A stretch of DNA of 64,000 bases. Origin: Candidatus Levyibacteriota bacterium. Lineage in GTDB: Bacteria; Patescibacteriota; Microgenomatia; Levybacterales; UBA12049. The translations under genes and the position numbers were made by a program. The stretch is taken from the NCBI GenBank assembly GCA_027459725.1, contig DAIDHK010000007.1:261-64260 (forward strand), given 5' to 3'. Shown here one piece after another: positions 22,076 through 32,089 of this stretch (the stretch's first letter is position 1; each line of letters opens with the position of its first letter). The notes under the pieces were generated by a model. That model worked only from the letters and a program-made list of their open reading frames with translations. It was not told the DNA's origin and searched no databases.

Positions 22076-22783
22076 CTAAATGCTGGATTTAGGCTTAGCG
22101 ATGACGAACAATCTTTCAAGTGATGTTCCTGGAGGATAGCAGGTTTGCAAGACAAGCTGGGGGGGAGTATTGTGACTATTCTCCAGTAGACTTGTATTGT
22201 CTGGACTGGTAATTTCAGTCTTGGTAACTATATAGTTATAACGTTTCCCATCAAAGAAAATAACTATTTCATCCCCTTTGGTCAAATCTTTTACCAAGTA
22301 GAAAACTGCATTATATTTAGGCACATCCCACCAGGTATCGGTAGAGTGAGCAAACAAATAGACTGTACCTTTGTTATTAGGAAAGACACTCCCTTTAGCA
22401 TGGGCAACCCCTTTCATTAAGTCAGGCATATATATATTAGGATCGTTAGGATCTACATTAGGAATGATTTTTGCCGCAGCACCAATTTTAGGGATTACGA
22501 TGCTAAAGCTAGTATCTGGCGCGATAATTACCTGCTGTTTATCACCAAAAAGTAAGCTTCCAAATCCGGGCGATGTCACTTTTGTTTCATTTTTACCTAA
22601 ACTATCTGCTTGTGTTGCCGTACTGACTGTATAGTGAATTCCCCTAAATTCAGCAATGTGAAATTCAACCTCATACATCAATGCGGGTCCAAACGTTGCT
22701 ATCACACCATACAAAGCCATCAAGAAAAGAAAATTTCCCAGACTTCTTAGTACTAAAAACTTGACCATCTCATTGTTATTCAT
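22076..22783 (-). CDS. Sortase
   Basis: N-terminal TM, IPKIG, GVAH, LFAHS (His), LQTCYPPGTSLERL (Cys and Arg). Confidence 0.9.
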   Translation of the reverse strand: MNNNEMVKFLVLRSLGNFLFLMALYGVIATFGPALMYEVEFHIAEFRGIHYTVSTATQADSLGKNETKVTSPGFGSLLFGDKQQVIIAPDTSFSIVIPKIGAAAKIIPNVDPNDPNIYMPDLMKGVAHAKGSVFPNNKGTVYLFAHSTDTWWDVPKYNAVFYLVKDLTKGDEIVIFFDGKRYNYIVTKTEITSPDNTSLLENSHNTPPQLVLQTCYPPGTSLERLFVIAKPKSSI

Positions 22784-22841
22784 AATATAAAGTAATATAC
22801 CAAAATATATACCAATACATCGTTACATTATATTAACTATG

Positions 22842-22913
22842 TCGGGGTGGGCGGAATTGAACCGCCTGCATCTCGTACCCGAAACGAGCATTCTACCGAT
22901 GAACTACACCCCG
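22842..22913 (-). tRNA. tRNA-Pro (CGG)
   Basis: CGGGGTG acceptor stem, anticodon arm CTCGT-TTCGGGT-ACGAG, T arm GGCGG-TTCAATT-CCGCC; no encoded CCA. Confidence 0.93.
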
Positions 22914-23044
22914 CTATGCTTCACAACCCACCAGCTTCTAATTATGAATTATAGCAGTAAAACGCTTTTTGAAGCAAAAAAATCTCCATTTTGCTAAAAT
23001 ATAAATGGACACAGATACCATAATGTGAAGATATGGTGAAAAAT

Positions 23045-23117
23045 GCCCCTGTAGCTCAGCAGATAGAGCAGCCCCGTCCTAAGGGGTTGGTCGGGGGTGC
23101 AATTCCCTCCAGGGGTA
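23045..23117 (+). tRNA. tRNA-Arg (CCT)
   Basis: GCCCCTG/CAGGGGT acceptor, GCCCC-GTCCTAA-GGGGT anticodon arm, variant T loop TGCAATT. Confidence 0.88.
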
Positions 23118-23192
23118 CTAAAAAGAAAATAAATGAAGAATTAATTTTTCGTTCGTTTGATTGACTAATTGCAAGATCAAGATTTAATATCT

Positions 23193-23765
23193 TTAGATGT
23201 TTTCCTCAGCTCTTTTGTAGGATTGAATCTCTTCAGGAGTGAACCATAACATTTTTTCAAAATTAGCTTCTTCTATTGAAGCAGAAATGTGTACTAAATT
23301 CATTACACCACGCTGTTCTTCATTGGCATAAGCAGCTGAATCTGTTGAGAAATCTCCACGAATGGTTCCTGCTGGCGCAGATACCGGCATTGTTGGCCCT
23401 GCTAAATTAACGACATTCTCAACGGCATGACGTCCCTCTAAAATTAATGCAATAACTGGGCCTGATTTCACATAGTCAAATAACCATTTATTGACCAATT
23501 TGCCCAGCTCTAAGGGATTATCAGTACCGAGGTCTTTCTTAGCATCTTTGCCGTACTTAGTATAAGTACCAAGCGTCTTCTCACCCCAACGTTTGAGAGT
23601 AGCTTCTTTATCAGATTGATAGTGTTTTAATAAAATATCATCTTTAGGAGCAACCATTTTCATGGCTACAATTTTGAGTCCCATACGTTCAAAACGATGA
23701 ATAATCTCACCGACAATTCCTCTTTTAACACCATCAGGTTTAATAAGTACTAATGTTTGTTCCAT
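23193..23765 (-). CDS. ndk: Nucleoside diphosphate kinase
   Basis: TLVLIKPDGVKRG, PAGTIRGDF, NLVHISAS. Confidence 0.95.
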   Translation of the reverse strand: MEQTLVLIKPDGVKRGIVGEIIHRFERMGLKIVAMKMVAPKDDILLKHYQSDKEATLKRWGEKTLGTYTKYGKDAKKDLGTDNPLELGKLVNKWLFDYVKSGPVIALILEGRHAVENVVNLAGPTMPVSAPAGTIRGDFSTDSAAYANEEQRGVMNLVHISASIEEANFEKMLWFTPEEIQSYKRAEENI

Positions 23766-23775
23766 AACTTCAACT

Positions 23776-25050
23776 TTATAATTTTACAATATCAATAAGC
23801 TTCTGTCTATCCTTAAAATCCCCGATCAAGGCCAAATTCAAAGTGTCATTTTTGAAAAATTCTGATCCCGCCTCTTCAATTTGTGCTTTACTTATAGCAT
23901 CAATCTTCGCTAAAACTTCATCAGGATTTAACTGTTCTTCTTCAAGTAATTCCTGGTGTGCATAATAACCTGCCACGGAACGACTATCTTCCAAATCAAG
24001 AACAAAGTGCCCCTTTATAAACTCTTTAGCCTTTTTAAGTTCATCATCTGTTATCTTCAGCCTATTATCTTTAACCAACGCATATTGTTCTGCCAATACT
24101 GATACTGCATCTAACACTCTTTTAGGGTCAATCCCAGCCATAGTTACCAAGCTACCAGCATCTTTGTAGTGATCAGAGCTGGAGCGCACATAATAAGCAA
24201 GACCACGTTTCTCACGAATCTCAGAAAATAACCGAGAACTCATACCCCCACCTAAAATGGCGGATAAGACTTCCAAAGGATATTTTCTTTCATCATCAAT
24301 AGAGACTGTGCGTACACCCATGGCAATATGTATTTGCTCTGTTTTTTTCTCTTTAACTAAAACAGCCGGCTTTTTTTGATCTTCCATGATGGTTTTAGCT
24401 TTGGGAGTAGAAAACTTTTTCATACCTCCGAAATACTTCTCGGCCAATTTAACAATCTCTTCCTCCTCGATCCCCCCAGCCACTACTACTGTCATATTGT
24501 CGCTGGAATACAAGCTACTCATATATGCAACAAAATCCTGACGAGTAGTAGCTCTAATCACATCTTTTTCACCAGCGATATCCCATCCCAGAGGAGTATC
24601 GCCATATAGCAATTGCTCATAAATATCGCCAATCTTACGCATGGGAGTATCCTCATAAAGATTGATTTCTTCCAAAATTACACCTTTCTCTTTATCTATT
24701 TCTGCTTGCTCTAGTTTGGAATGCTGCAACATATCTGACAAAACGTCTAAACATAATTCAACATTATTTTTAGCGGCTTTAATGTAATAACCAGTAGCTT
24801 CCTTCCCTGTAAAGGCATTAAATTCACCACCCATACCATCGATCAAACTGGAAATTGCCAGAGCATTTGGACGTTTTTCTGTGCCTTTGAAAGCCATATG
24901 CTCTAAGAAATGGGAGATACCGTTATTTTTTTTTGTTTCGTATCTGGAACCAGCGCCCACCATGACCATAACAGTCGCTGATTCAAATGAGGGCATCGGA
25001 ACAGTAATTAAACGTAGACCATTTGAGAGAACTCTTTTGTTAAAGCGCAT
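23776..25050 (-). CDS. M16 family zinc metallopeptidase
   Basis: GISHFLEHMAFKGT (HxxEH), NAFT, SSRLFSEIREKRGLAY. Confidence 0.95.
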   Translation of the reverse strand: MRFNKRVLSNGLRLITVPMPSFESATVMVMVGAGSRYETKKNNGISHFLEHMAFKGTEKRPNALAISSLIDGMGGEFNAFTGKEATGYYIKAAKNNVELCLDVLSDMLQHSKLEQAEIDKEKGVILEEINLYEDTPMRKIGDIYEQLLYGDTPLGWDIAGEKDVIRATTRQDFVAYMSSLYSSDNMTVVVAGGIEEEEIVKLAEKYFGGMKKFSTPKAKTIMEDQKKPAVLVKEKKTEQIHIAMGVRTVSIDDERKYPLEVLSAILGGGMSSRLFSEIREKRGLAYYVRSSSDHYKDAGSLVTMAGIDPKRVLDAVSVLAEQYALVKDNRLKITDDELKKAKEFIKGHFVLDLEDSRSVAGYYAHQELLEEEQLNPDEVLAKIDAISKAQIEEAGSEFFKNDTLNLALIGDFKDRQKLIDIVKL

Positions 25051-25102
25051 AACGAAAACTATTCTAACAGATCTTTTTATATTTTGCTAGCAACGAGTAT
25101 TA

Positions 25103-26920
25103 CTACATTTTCTCAGGAGTTTCCATGCCGAGAATATGAAGGCCTTTTTTAATGACTTTGGCCGTGACGGAAACTAAAAGTAATCTAAATTTCTTTTGTG
25201 TTTCGTTTTCGGCATGTAAAACCGGCACCTTTTGGTAAAAATGATTAAATACTTGAGCGAGTTCAAAAAGATAAGTACACAGCATATGGGGTGCAAGCTC
25301 TTTTGCAGCTTGTTTTAATATTGTTTCAAAGAAACATAATTGTCTAAGCAATTCAAACTCCTCTGACTTAAACGTATAGCCTTCAAAATCACTTATTCGT
25401 TCTTGCACATCTTGACCTTCTACGTCCAAAGTATTAGACTTTGCCTTCTCTAATATGCTTAAGCATCTTACATACACATACTGCATATAAGGTCCTGAAT
25501 TACCATGCATATTCAAGATATCATCCCAGTCAAATAGAATATCCTGTTCTGAATTTCGTTTTAAATCATTCCATTTGATTGCACCAATAGCTACAGCTTT
25601 TGCTCTATCTTCAATTTCAGTTTTTTCTCCTTTACCCAGCTGTATTGTATTTTGAACTTTTTCTTTTATCTCATCATTTGGATATGAGATATTGTCAAAT
25701 TGCAGATTATATGCCCTTTTTTTAGCTTCATCTAATACATCTTCCAACCAGATTACATTCCCTTTCCTGGTTGACATCTTCCCTTCCTGAAAGCGATAAA
25801 GACCGTGTTTCTTATGCATTCTTTGCTCAGGGTAAAACCATCCTAGCATCTCTTCCAATTTATACAGTTGTCGAAAATATAATGACTGCTCTCCACCAAC
25901 TTCATTTATGATAATAATAGCTTTCCCATAATGTTCTAAACGAAACTTATCAGTAGCTAAATCACGCGTCGAATACAATGTGGCACCGTCTTTTTTTAAA
26001 ATCATTAACGGCGGTAATTTGAAATCTGATGGAAACTCAACAATCTGTGCTCCTTGTTCACCCACATGGAGTAGCTTCTTCGCTTTCAGTTCCTCAATCA
26101 CGGACTGCATCTTATCTTCAAAATATGCCTCACCAAAACCCCTTCCTTCATTTTCTGTAAACTCAACGTTTAATTCGGAATAGATTCGATTAAACTCTTT
26201 CCAGGACCAATCAATACATTTCTTCCAAAGTCTGCGTGCTTCGGGATCTCCATCTTCCAACTTTTTAAACCAAGCACGTCCCTCGTCTTCCAGGCTAGGA
26301 TTCTTTTCCGCTTCATCATGAAATCTTACATACAAAGCTACCAAATCTTTAACCGGATTCTCACTCGCATCCATTTCAGCCTCATTTCCCCAGGTTTTAA
26401 TAGCATAAATTTGCTTTCCAAACTGTGTACCCCAGTCACCTAGATGATTGTCTCTATACACTTTATTACCAGTCGCTTCTAGCAGATTGGCAATAGCATC
26501 ACCAATAATCGTTGAGCGCAAGTGACCTACTGTGAAAGGTTTGGCGATATTTGGAGAAGAATATTCGACAATATATTTATAGGATTTTCCCTTTCCATCA
26601 ATCTTTTCTTGACCTTCAAGCAAATATTTAAGTTGACTGACAAGAAATGCTCTGTTTACATATATATTTACAAATCCTGGCTTAACCACAACTATCTTCT
26701 CTAGTAAATTATCTGCAGGTTTATGAGTTATTAATTTTTGCTTAATCTCCTCGGCAATCTCCATCGGCGATTTATCAATTTTTTTGGCTAATAACATAGC
26801 AACATTGCTACTAAACTCACCATGGTCACTACTTGAACTCAAACTTACCTGTGGAATTACATCTGAAACATTCATGTCAACTAAGATTTTAGTTAATAGC
26901 TGCTTTATCTGATCTTGCAT
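25103..26920 (-). CDS. argS: Arginine--tRNA ligase
   Basis: EYSSPNIAKPFTVGHLRS, GDWGTQFG, KMSTRKG; start ATG 26920 lies 6 nt after TGnTATAAT. Confidence 0.95.
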   Translation of the reverse strand: MQDQIKQLLTKILVDMNVSDVIPQVSLSSSSDHGEFSSNVAMLLAKKIDKSPMEIAEEIKQKLITHKPADNLLEKIVVVKPGFVNIYVNRAFLVSQLKYLLEGQEKIDGKGKSYKYIVEYSSPNIAKPFTVGHLRSTIIGDAIANLLEATGNKVYRDNHLGDWGTQFGKQIYAIKTWGNEAEMDASENPVKDLVALYVRFHDEAEKNPSLEDEGRAWFKKLEDGDPEARRLWKKCIDWSWKEFNRIYSELNVEFTENEGRGFGEAYFEDKMQSVIEELKAKKLLHVGEQGAQIVEFPSDFKLPPLMILKKDGATLYSTRDLATDKFRLEHYGKAIIIINEVGGEQSLYFRQLYKLEEMLGWFYPEQRMHKKHGLYRFQEGKMSTRKGNVIWLEDVLDEAKKRAYNLQFDNISYPNDEIKEKVQNTIQLGKGEKTEIEDRAKAVAIGAIKWNDLKRNSEQDILFDWDDILNMHGNSGPYMQYVYVRCLSILEKAKSNTLDVEGQDVQERISDFEGYTFKSEEFELLRQLCFFETILKQAAKELAPHMLCTYLFELAQVFNHFYQKVPVLHAENETQKKFRLLLVSVTAKVIKKGLHILGMETPEKM

Positions 26921-27054
26921 AAGCACATTATATCAATTTAGAAGTCATAATTCACAATCTACCACTTGCAATAAATTATCCTCAACTTTTATTATCTTAA
27001 TATTGCAACTCGCTCTTGCATTTCAATACTATTCTTGCTAAGTTGGAGATAAGC

Positions 27055-27447
27055 ATGAAAATTTTAATGATTGATGATGACCCAGCATTGATAACTGTTA
27101 TCTCCACAGCACTTCAGGCTGAAAATTATCAAATCATTACTGCTGCTGACGGCCGTACCGGCCTAAATCTTGCTCAGACCGAAAAACCAGATTTCATTCT
27201 ATTAGACCAGGTTTTGCCTGATATCCAAGGAAATGAAGTTTTAGCTACTTTAAAGCAAAATGAAGATACAAAGAATATTCCTGTCGTACTCTTCTCCAAT
27301 TTTTATAAGCCTGAATTAATGCAGCAAGCAATTAATCAGGGAGCTGTTGATTATTTGCTTAAATATCAGATAGAACCCAAAGATCTCCTCACTAAAATCA
27401 AAAGTCTCACTCAAGAATCAAAGGCCGAACAGGCACAAGAACAATAA
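27055..27447 (+). CDS. Single-domain response regulator
   Basis: KILMIDDD, PDFILLD, GAVDYLLK. Confidence 0.9.
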   Translation: MKILMIDDDPALITVISTALQAENYQIITAADGRTGLNLAQTEKPDFILLDQVLPDIQGNEVLATLKQNEDTKNIPVVLFSNFYKPELMQQAINQGAVDYLLKYQIEPKDLLTKIKSLTQESKAEQAQEQ

Positions 27448-27477
27448 AATTAAATCTGACATCTTAAAATCTAGCAT

Positions 27478-28254
27478 ATGGTTCAACTGCTCACCATAAC
27501 TACTCTACTATTTGGTTTTTTAGCCATTATCTTTTCGTTTCTACTAGATAAAGAAAAGCATAAGCAGCAGGAGAAACAAGATGTCAATCTCTTTATGATC
27601 CATGAACTGCGTAGCCCTCTCTCCTCTATCAAAGCCGCCGCCAGTCTATTATTATCTGATACTGGTCAAATTGAACTCGAGAAAAAAAATGATTTACTAA
27701 AACTAATAAACAGTCAGTCTTTACAATTATTGGAATATGTTAGTTTATTGTTGGACACTTCCAGATTACAGTCAGGTATTTTCAATTTACAGAGAAAACC
27801 GAATGATATCAAAGCTCTGGTGGAAGAGAGAATAAGATTACTTCAACCCTTGGCTCATGAAAAACAGATCGAGCTGAAAAGCGATATCAAGGAACCAGTT
27901 CCCTCTTTTCGTTTTGATAAAGAATATATTGCCCATGCCTTGGATAATTTACTGTATAATGCCCTAAAGTTTACGCCTGTTAAAGGACACATCGATGTAA
28001 CTGTTGAATTAGATAATCAATTTGTTACCATCAATGTGCAGGACTCAGGCGAAGGTTTGGATCAAGAACAAATAGCGATGTTATTTAAAAAGTTCTCACA
28101 AGTTGGTCCAAAGACGGCCAACAGCAGCGGCCTGGGATTGTATTTCGTCAAGAGTATCATCGAAGCGCATAAAGGTACTGTTAATGTAACTTCTTCCGAT
28201 GATACGGGTACTACTTTTAGTTTTTCTCTTCCATTCTCTAATGCCAATGGTTAA
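27478..28254 (+). CDS. Histidine kinase with one TM helix and essentially no sensor domain
   Basis: HELRSPL, NLLYNALKFT, DSGEG, SGLGL. Confidence 0.9.
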   Translation: MVQLLTITTLLFGFLAIIFSFLLDKEKHKQQEKQDVNLFMIHELRSPLSSIKAAASLLLSDTGQIELEKKNDLLKLINSQSLQLLEYVSLLLDTSRLQSGIFNLQRKPNDIKALVEERIRLLQPLAHEKQIELKSDIKEPVPSFRFDKEYIAHALDNLLYNALKFTPVKGHIDVTVELDNQFVTINVQDSGEGLDQEQIAMLFKKFSQVGPKTANSSGLGLYFVKSIIEAHKGTVNVTSSDDTGTTFSFSLPFSNANG

Positions 28255-28464
28255 CTAATTCTGAAACTTTCGTGACTAAATTCTCTTAGTATCTTATCCC
28301 CCGTAAAATAATAAAAATTCCTTTGCTAATATGAAAACTAATCGGAATTAAAATCATAAAATTTACTAATCCTCGAATGCATCTATATATGTCATAGTAC
28401 AAATTATACTAACAAACTCGTACAAGAGATAACACTTAACATAACAGTTCTTAGTCGTGTAAAA

Positions 28465-28584
28465 TCAACATGAGTCTTTGCCTGCAACGTAAATACTTAT
28501 TGATAATTATATTATGGCAAAACTTGACATGAGAATGGCTCCAGCAGCCAGTAAAACAAAAAAATGTAATAATTCCCCATCCAT
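28465..28584 (-). CDS. Putative 39-aa single-TM small protein
   Basis: MDGELLHFFVLLAAGAILMSSFAIIILSISIYVAGKDSC*; below the ORF-track length cutoff. Confidence 0.4.
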
Positions 28585-28640
28585 CAAGAGACGGAAAATT
28601 TATTAGAGAGTGAATAGAGCACAGATGATCCGTGAGTACT

Positions 28641-31271
28641 TTACACAATAAAATTCAAAACCTTTCCGGGGACATAGATAACTTTGGCTGGATCAATTAT
28701 AGCTCCACCCAGATGACGTTTTACTTTTTCACTTTGTAAGGCCAGCTCAATAACTTTTACTTTATTCTGGCTGTCATTGATTGCAATTGCTAATACCTCT
28801 CTGACCTTACCGTTAACCTGGATGGCAATCCGCACTTCCTCGCTTACTAAATACTTTTCTTCATAACTAGGCCATTTAGACAAATGGACTGAAGATGACT
28901 CGCCTATCGTGTACCACAATTCTTCGGCCACATGAGGGGCAAATGGTGCAATCAACTGTAAATAAATTTTGGCTTCCGATACATTAACTTCGTTTTGGGT
29001 AGATAGGAAATTATAATATGACATAAGTTTAGCTATAGCGGTATTAAATCTTAATCCTTCCATATCCTCAGTAACACCCTTAATTGTCTGATGCATCATT
29101 TTAACTCGTTCAGAGCTTAACTCTTTTCCTTGATTTGAGACATTAGAAAACATCTTCCAAATTCTTTTAATAAATTTATGCATTCCTTCTATACCTGTAT
29201 CACGAAAGTCTCCACCTTGCTCAAATGGCCCTAAAAACCTCAAATACAATCTTACTGTATCAATGCCAAATTTCTCAATCAAAGGATCAGGCAAAATCAC
29301 ATTCCCCTTACTTTTACTCATCTTAGCACCGTCTTTTATGATTAACCCATGGGCATAGAACTTGCTGAATGGCTCTTCAAAATCTAGATAGCCCATGTCA
29401 TGCAATGCCATAGTCGTAAAACGAGCATAAAGAAGATGTAGCACCGCATGTTCGGCACCGCCAATATATATAGTGACCGGAAGGAATCTGCTACGATTTA
29501 CTAACTCACTAGAAAAATCAGCTGATTCAGATGAAGATTTGTGGTTATTGTGAGATAAATCTAAATCAAATCCATTGGTAAATTTAAGATTAGCTTTAGT
29601 AAAATCTGGTGACGGAAAAGGTACTTCATTCCAATCTGTAGCCAAGTATCGCAGAAAGTACCAAGCGCTATCTAAAAATGTGTCACTCACATCCGTTTCC
29701 CGCCTCGCATCGCTACCACATCCTGGACACTTAACATTATAAAATTCAGGATGATTAGCCAAAGGTGAGATACCAGTTCCTAAAGGCTTGAAGTCTTCGA
29801 TAAATGGCAATAGCACTGGCAAATCTTTATCGCCAACCGGATACCAGCCTGCCCCCTCCCACTCCTCAGGTTTTGTAACATTAGACTGAGTAAACCAGGA
29901 TTTATTCTCCAGCGCACATTTTTCACAGTAAATCATAGGAATTGGTGGGCCCCAGTATCTTTGCCTGGAGATCAGCCAATCACGCAGGTGATAGTTTGAT
30001 TTTGCTTTACCAACACCTCTTTTCTCTATATCAGATATTATCTTAACTATATCCTTTGGGTACAATAGGCCATTCCAGATATCTGAGTTAATTATTTCCC
30101 CAGCTCCGACATATAAACTATTGTGAGAATCATTCTCGGGAGAAGAAATCACATGTTTAATAGGCAAGGAATATTTAACTGCAAAATCGTAATCACGCTC
30201 ATCATGAGCTGGTACAGCCATAATAGCGCCCGTACCGTATGAGGCCAAGACATAGTCAGCAATCCAAATAGGCAATTGCTTACCGGTCAGAGGATGCAAT
30301 GCAAATAGACCAGAGAACACGCCAGTTTTTTCTTTTCCTTCAGTTAACCTCTCCTCTTCTGGCTTATTTTGAACACTTTTGATATATTTCCTAATTTCTT
30401 TCTTAATCTCAGGGTCTATAGAAAAAGTCTCATGAAATATTTGTTTGACTAACTCATGCTCAGGTGCAATAACCATAAATGTTGACCCATACAATGTATC
30501 AGGCCGTGTAGTAAAAATTTCTAGCTCAATACTTTTAGACTGTGGGATGTCTACTTTGAACTTTAAGATTGCCCCCTTTGACTCTCCAATCCAATTAGTC
30601 TGTGCTATTTTAATCTTCTCATCCCAATCCAAACCAGGAATATTGTCCAGCAAACGTTGGGAGTATTTTGTAATCTTGAAGAACCATTGTTCCAAATCTC
30701 TCTTTCCCACAACGGAACTGCAACGCTCGCATTTCCCGTCTATAACCTGCTCATCCGCCAGAACAGTCTTACAGGAAGGACAGAAGTTGACCTTTGCTTT
30801 CTTACGAACTGCTAGCCCATGTTTAAACATTTGTACAAATAACCACTGAGTCCATTTATAATAGTTTGGATCAGTTGTCTCTAGCTTCTTAGACCAATCA
30901 ATCATCGTACCTGCAGCTTCCATTTGGCGATAAAAATTCTCCTGTACTAAACGACCTTGCTCCATGGGATGTTTACCGATCTTCAGTGCATAATTCTCTG
31001 AATGAATACCAAACGCATCCAAACCCATGGGTTCGAAAACATCATAGCCCTGCATTCTCTTGAAACGAGCAAAAGCATCAGTACCAGTTTGCATATAGAT
31101 ATTTCCAATATGTAACCCCTCAGCAGAAGGATACGGAAACATCATTAAGCAATAATAAGGACGTTTGGCATTACCTAAATTAATTTGATAAAGCTTGTCC
31201 AGCCTCCATTTCTCCTGCCATTTACCCACAATTGCATGCGGATCAAATTGTATTGTTTTATCTTGCTTCAT
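28641..31271 (-). CDS. leuS: Leucine--tRNA ligase
   Basis: MFPYPSAEGLHIGN, FTTRPDT, GTGAIMAVPAHD, DWLISRQRYWG, KMSKSKGN. Confidence 0.97.
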   Translation of the reverse strand: MKQDKTIQFDPHAIVGKWQEKWRLDKLYQINLGNAKRPYYCLMMFPYPSAEGLHIGNIYMQTGTDAFARFKRMQGYDVFEPMGLDAFGIHSENYALKIGKHPMEQGRLVQENFYRQMEAAGTMIDWSKKLETTDPNYYKWTQWLFVQMFKHGLAVRKKAKVNFCPSCKTVLADEQVIDGKCERCSSVVGKRDLEQWFFKITKYSQRLLDNIPGLDWDEKIKIAQTNWIGESKGAILKFKVDIPQSKSIELEIFTTRPDTLYGSTFMVIAPEHELVKQIFHETFSIDPEIKKEIRKYIKSVQNKPEEERLTEGKEKTGVFSGLFALHPLTGKQLPIWIADYVLASYGTGAIMAVPAHDERDYDFAVKYSLPIKHVISSPENDSHNSLYVGAGEIINSDIWNGLLYPKDIVKIISDIEKRGVGKAKSNYHLRDWLISRQRYWGPPIPMIYCEKCALENKSWFTQSNVTKPEEWEGAGWYPVGDKDLPVLLPFIEDFKPLGTGISPLANHPEFYNVKCPGCGSDARRETDVSDTFLDSAWYFLRYLATDWNEVPFPSPDFTKANLKFTNGFDLDLSHNNHKSSSESADFSSELVNRSRFLPVTIYIGGAEHAVLHLLYARFTTMALHDMGYLDFEEPFSKFYAHGLIIKDGAKMSKSKGNVILPDPLIEKFGIDTVRLYLRFLGPFEQGGDFRDTGIEGMHKFIKRIWKMFSNVSNQGKELSSERVKMMHQTIKGVTEDMEGLRFNTAIAKLMSYYNFLSTQNEVNVSEAKIYLQLIAPFAPHVAEELWYTIGESSSVHLSKWPSYEEKYLVSEEVRIAIQVNGKVREVLAIAINDSQNKVKVIELALQSEKVKRHLGGAIIDPAKVIYVPGKVLNFIV

Positions 31272-31390
31272 TAGGCAAAGTATAGCATAAAGAGAATAAG
31301 TAAGTGATAATGTTTGAGCTAAAGATAGTTGAACATTTTTAGATATTAATTTGTATTTTAATTAGCTTTAGCCTAACATATAATCTGCCT

Positions 31391-32089
31391 ATGCATACAC
31401 GTGCTTTATCTTTTTACTTTTTGTTAATCACTTCTTGTTTTCTGACTCTTGCTACACCCAATGTTTATGCGCAAGCTGACAACTTAGACATTGGAAACAT
31501 CCAGTTAAAGAGTAAGAACTTACCCGCTTCTCCACCAACAATCACTCCTGAACCCAAACAGATAACAAATCCTATAATCACCAAGCATATAATCCTAGAT
31601 AAATATTCTACAGGTCTTATTAATATAGACCTGTCCTTACCTCTCTTGTCATTTACTTCATTAGAACCTACTAATCCTCAGTTGCGTAAAAATAGCTTGT
31701 CGATTAATATAACAGGAGACTCCTCTTTGGGATTATATATTTATACCAATGGCCCCTTAACTAATCAATCTAATCAGCAGAACATCCCCGCAACAAACTG
31801 TGATAACGGCAACTGCAGCCCCAATAATACTGATGAATGGAGCAGTACTCTTACCTATGGCCTGGGATATAATTGTATCGGAGGATTAAGTATATGTCCT
31901 GTAGCTTTTACTGATTCTAATTCCTACCGTCCCTTGTCCATCAGTCTAACTAGAGCAATCCCACTAGACACTGGTCTTATGAACACTAGCCAAGTTTACA
32001 GCCTGCTTTATAAATTAAATGTTTCGGCCGAACAAGCTTCAGGAACTTACATTTCGAATGTGGAATATCTATTTTTACCCAACTTATGA
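31391..32089 (+). CDS. Secreted protein with WxL-like beta-rich C-terminus
   Basis: Signal peptide; C-terminal QASGTYISNVEY strand pattern; overlaps the next gene by ATGA. Confidence 0.55.
   Translation: MHTRALSFYFLLITSCFLTLATPNVYAQADNLDIGNIQLKSKNLPASPPTITPEPKQITNPIITKHIILDKYSTGLINIDLSLPLLSFTSLEPTNPQLRKNSLSINITGDSSLGLYIYTNGPLTNQSNQQNIPATNCDNGNCSPNNTDEWSSTLTYGLGYNCIGGLSICPVAFTDSNSYRPLSISLTRAIPLDTGLMNTSQVYSLLYKLNVSAEQASGTYISNVEYLFLPNL

Noticed and set aside
26515-26560. ArgRS HIGH motif reading TVGH
   Set aside because: Variants lacking the first His are known in bacterial ArgRS; not evidence of inactivity
28451-28648. 65-aa track ORF downstream of leuS
   Set aside because: Implausible composition; an overlapping 39-aa TM ORF in another frame is the better candidate
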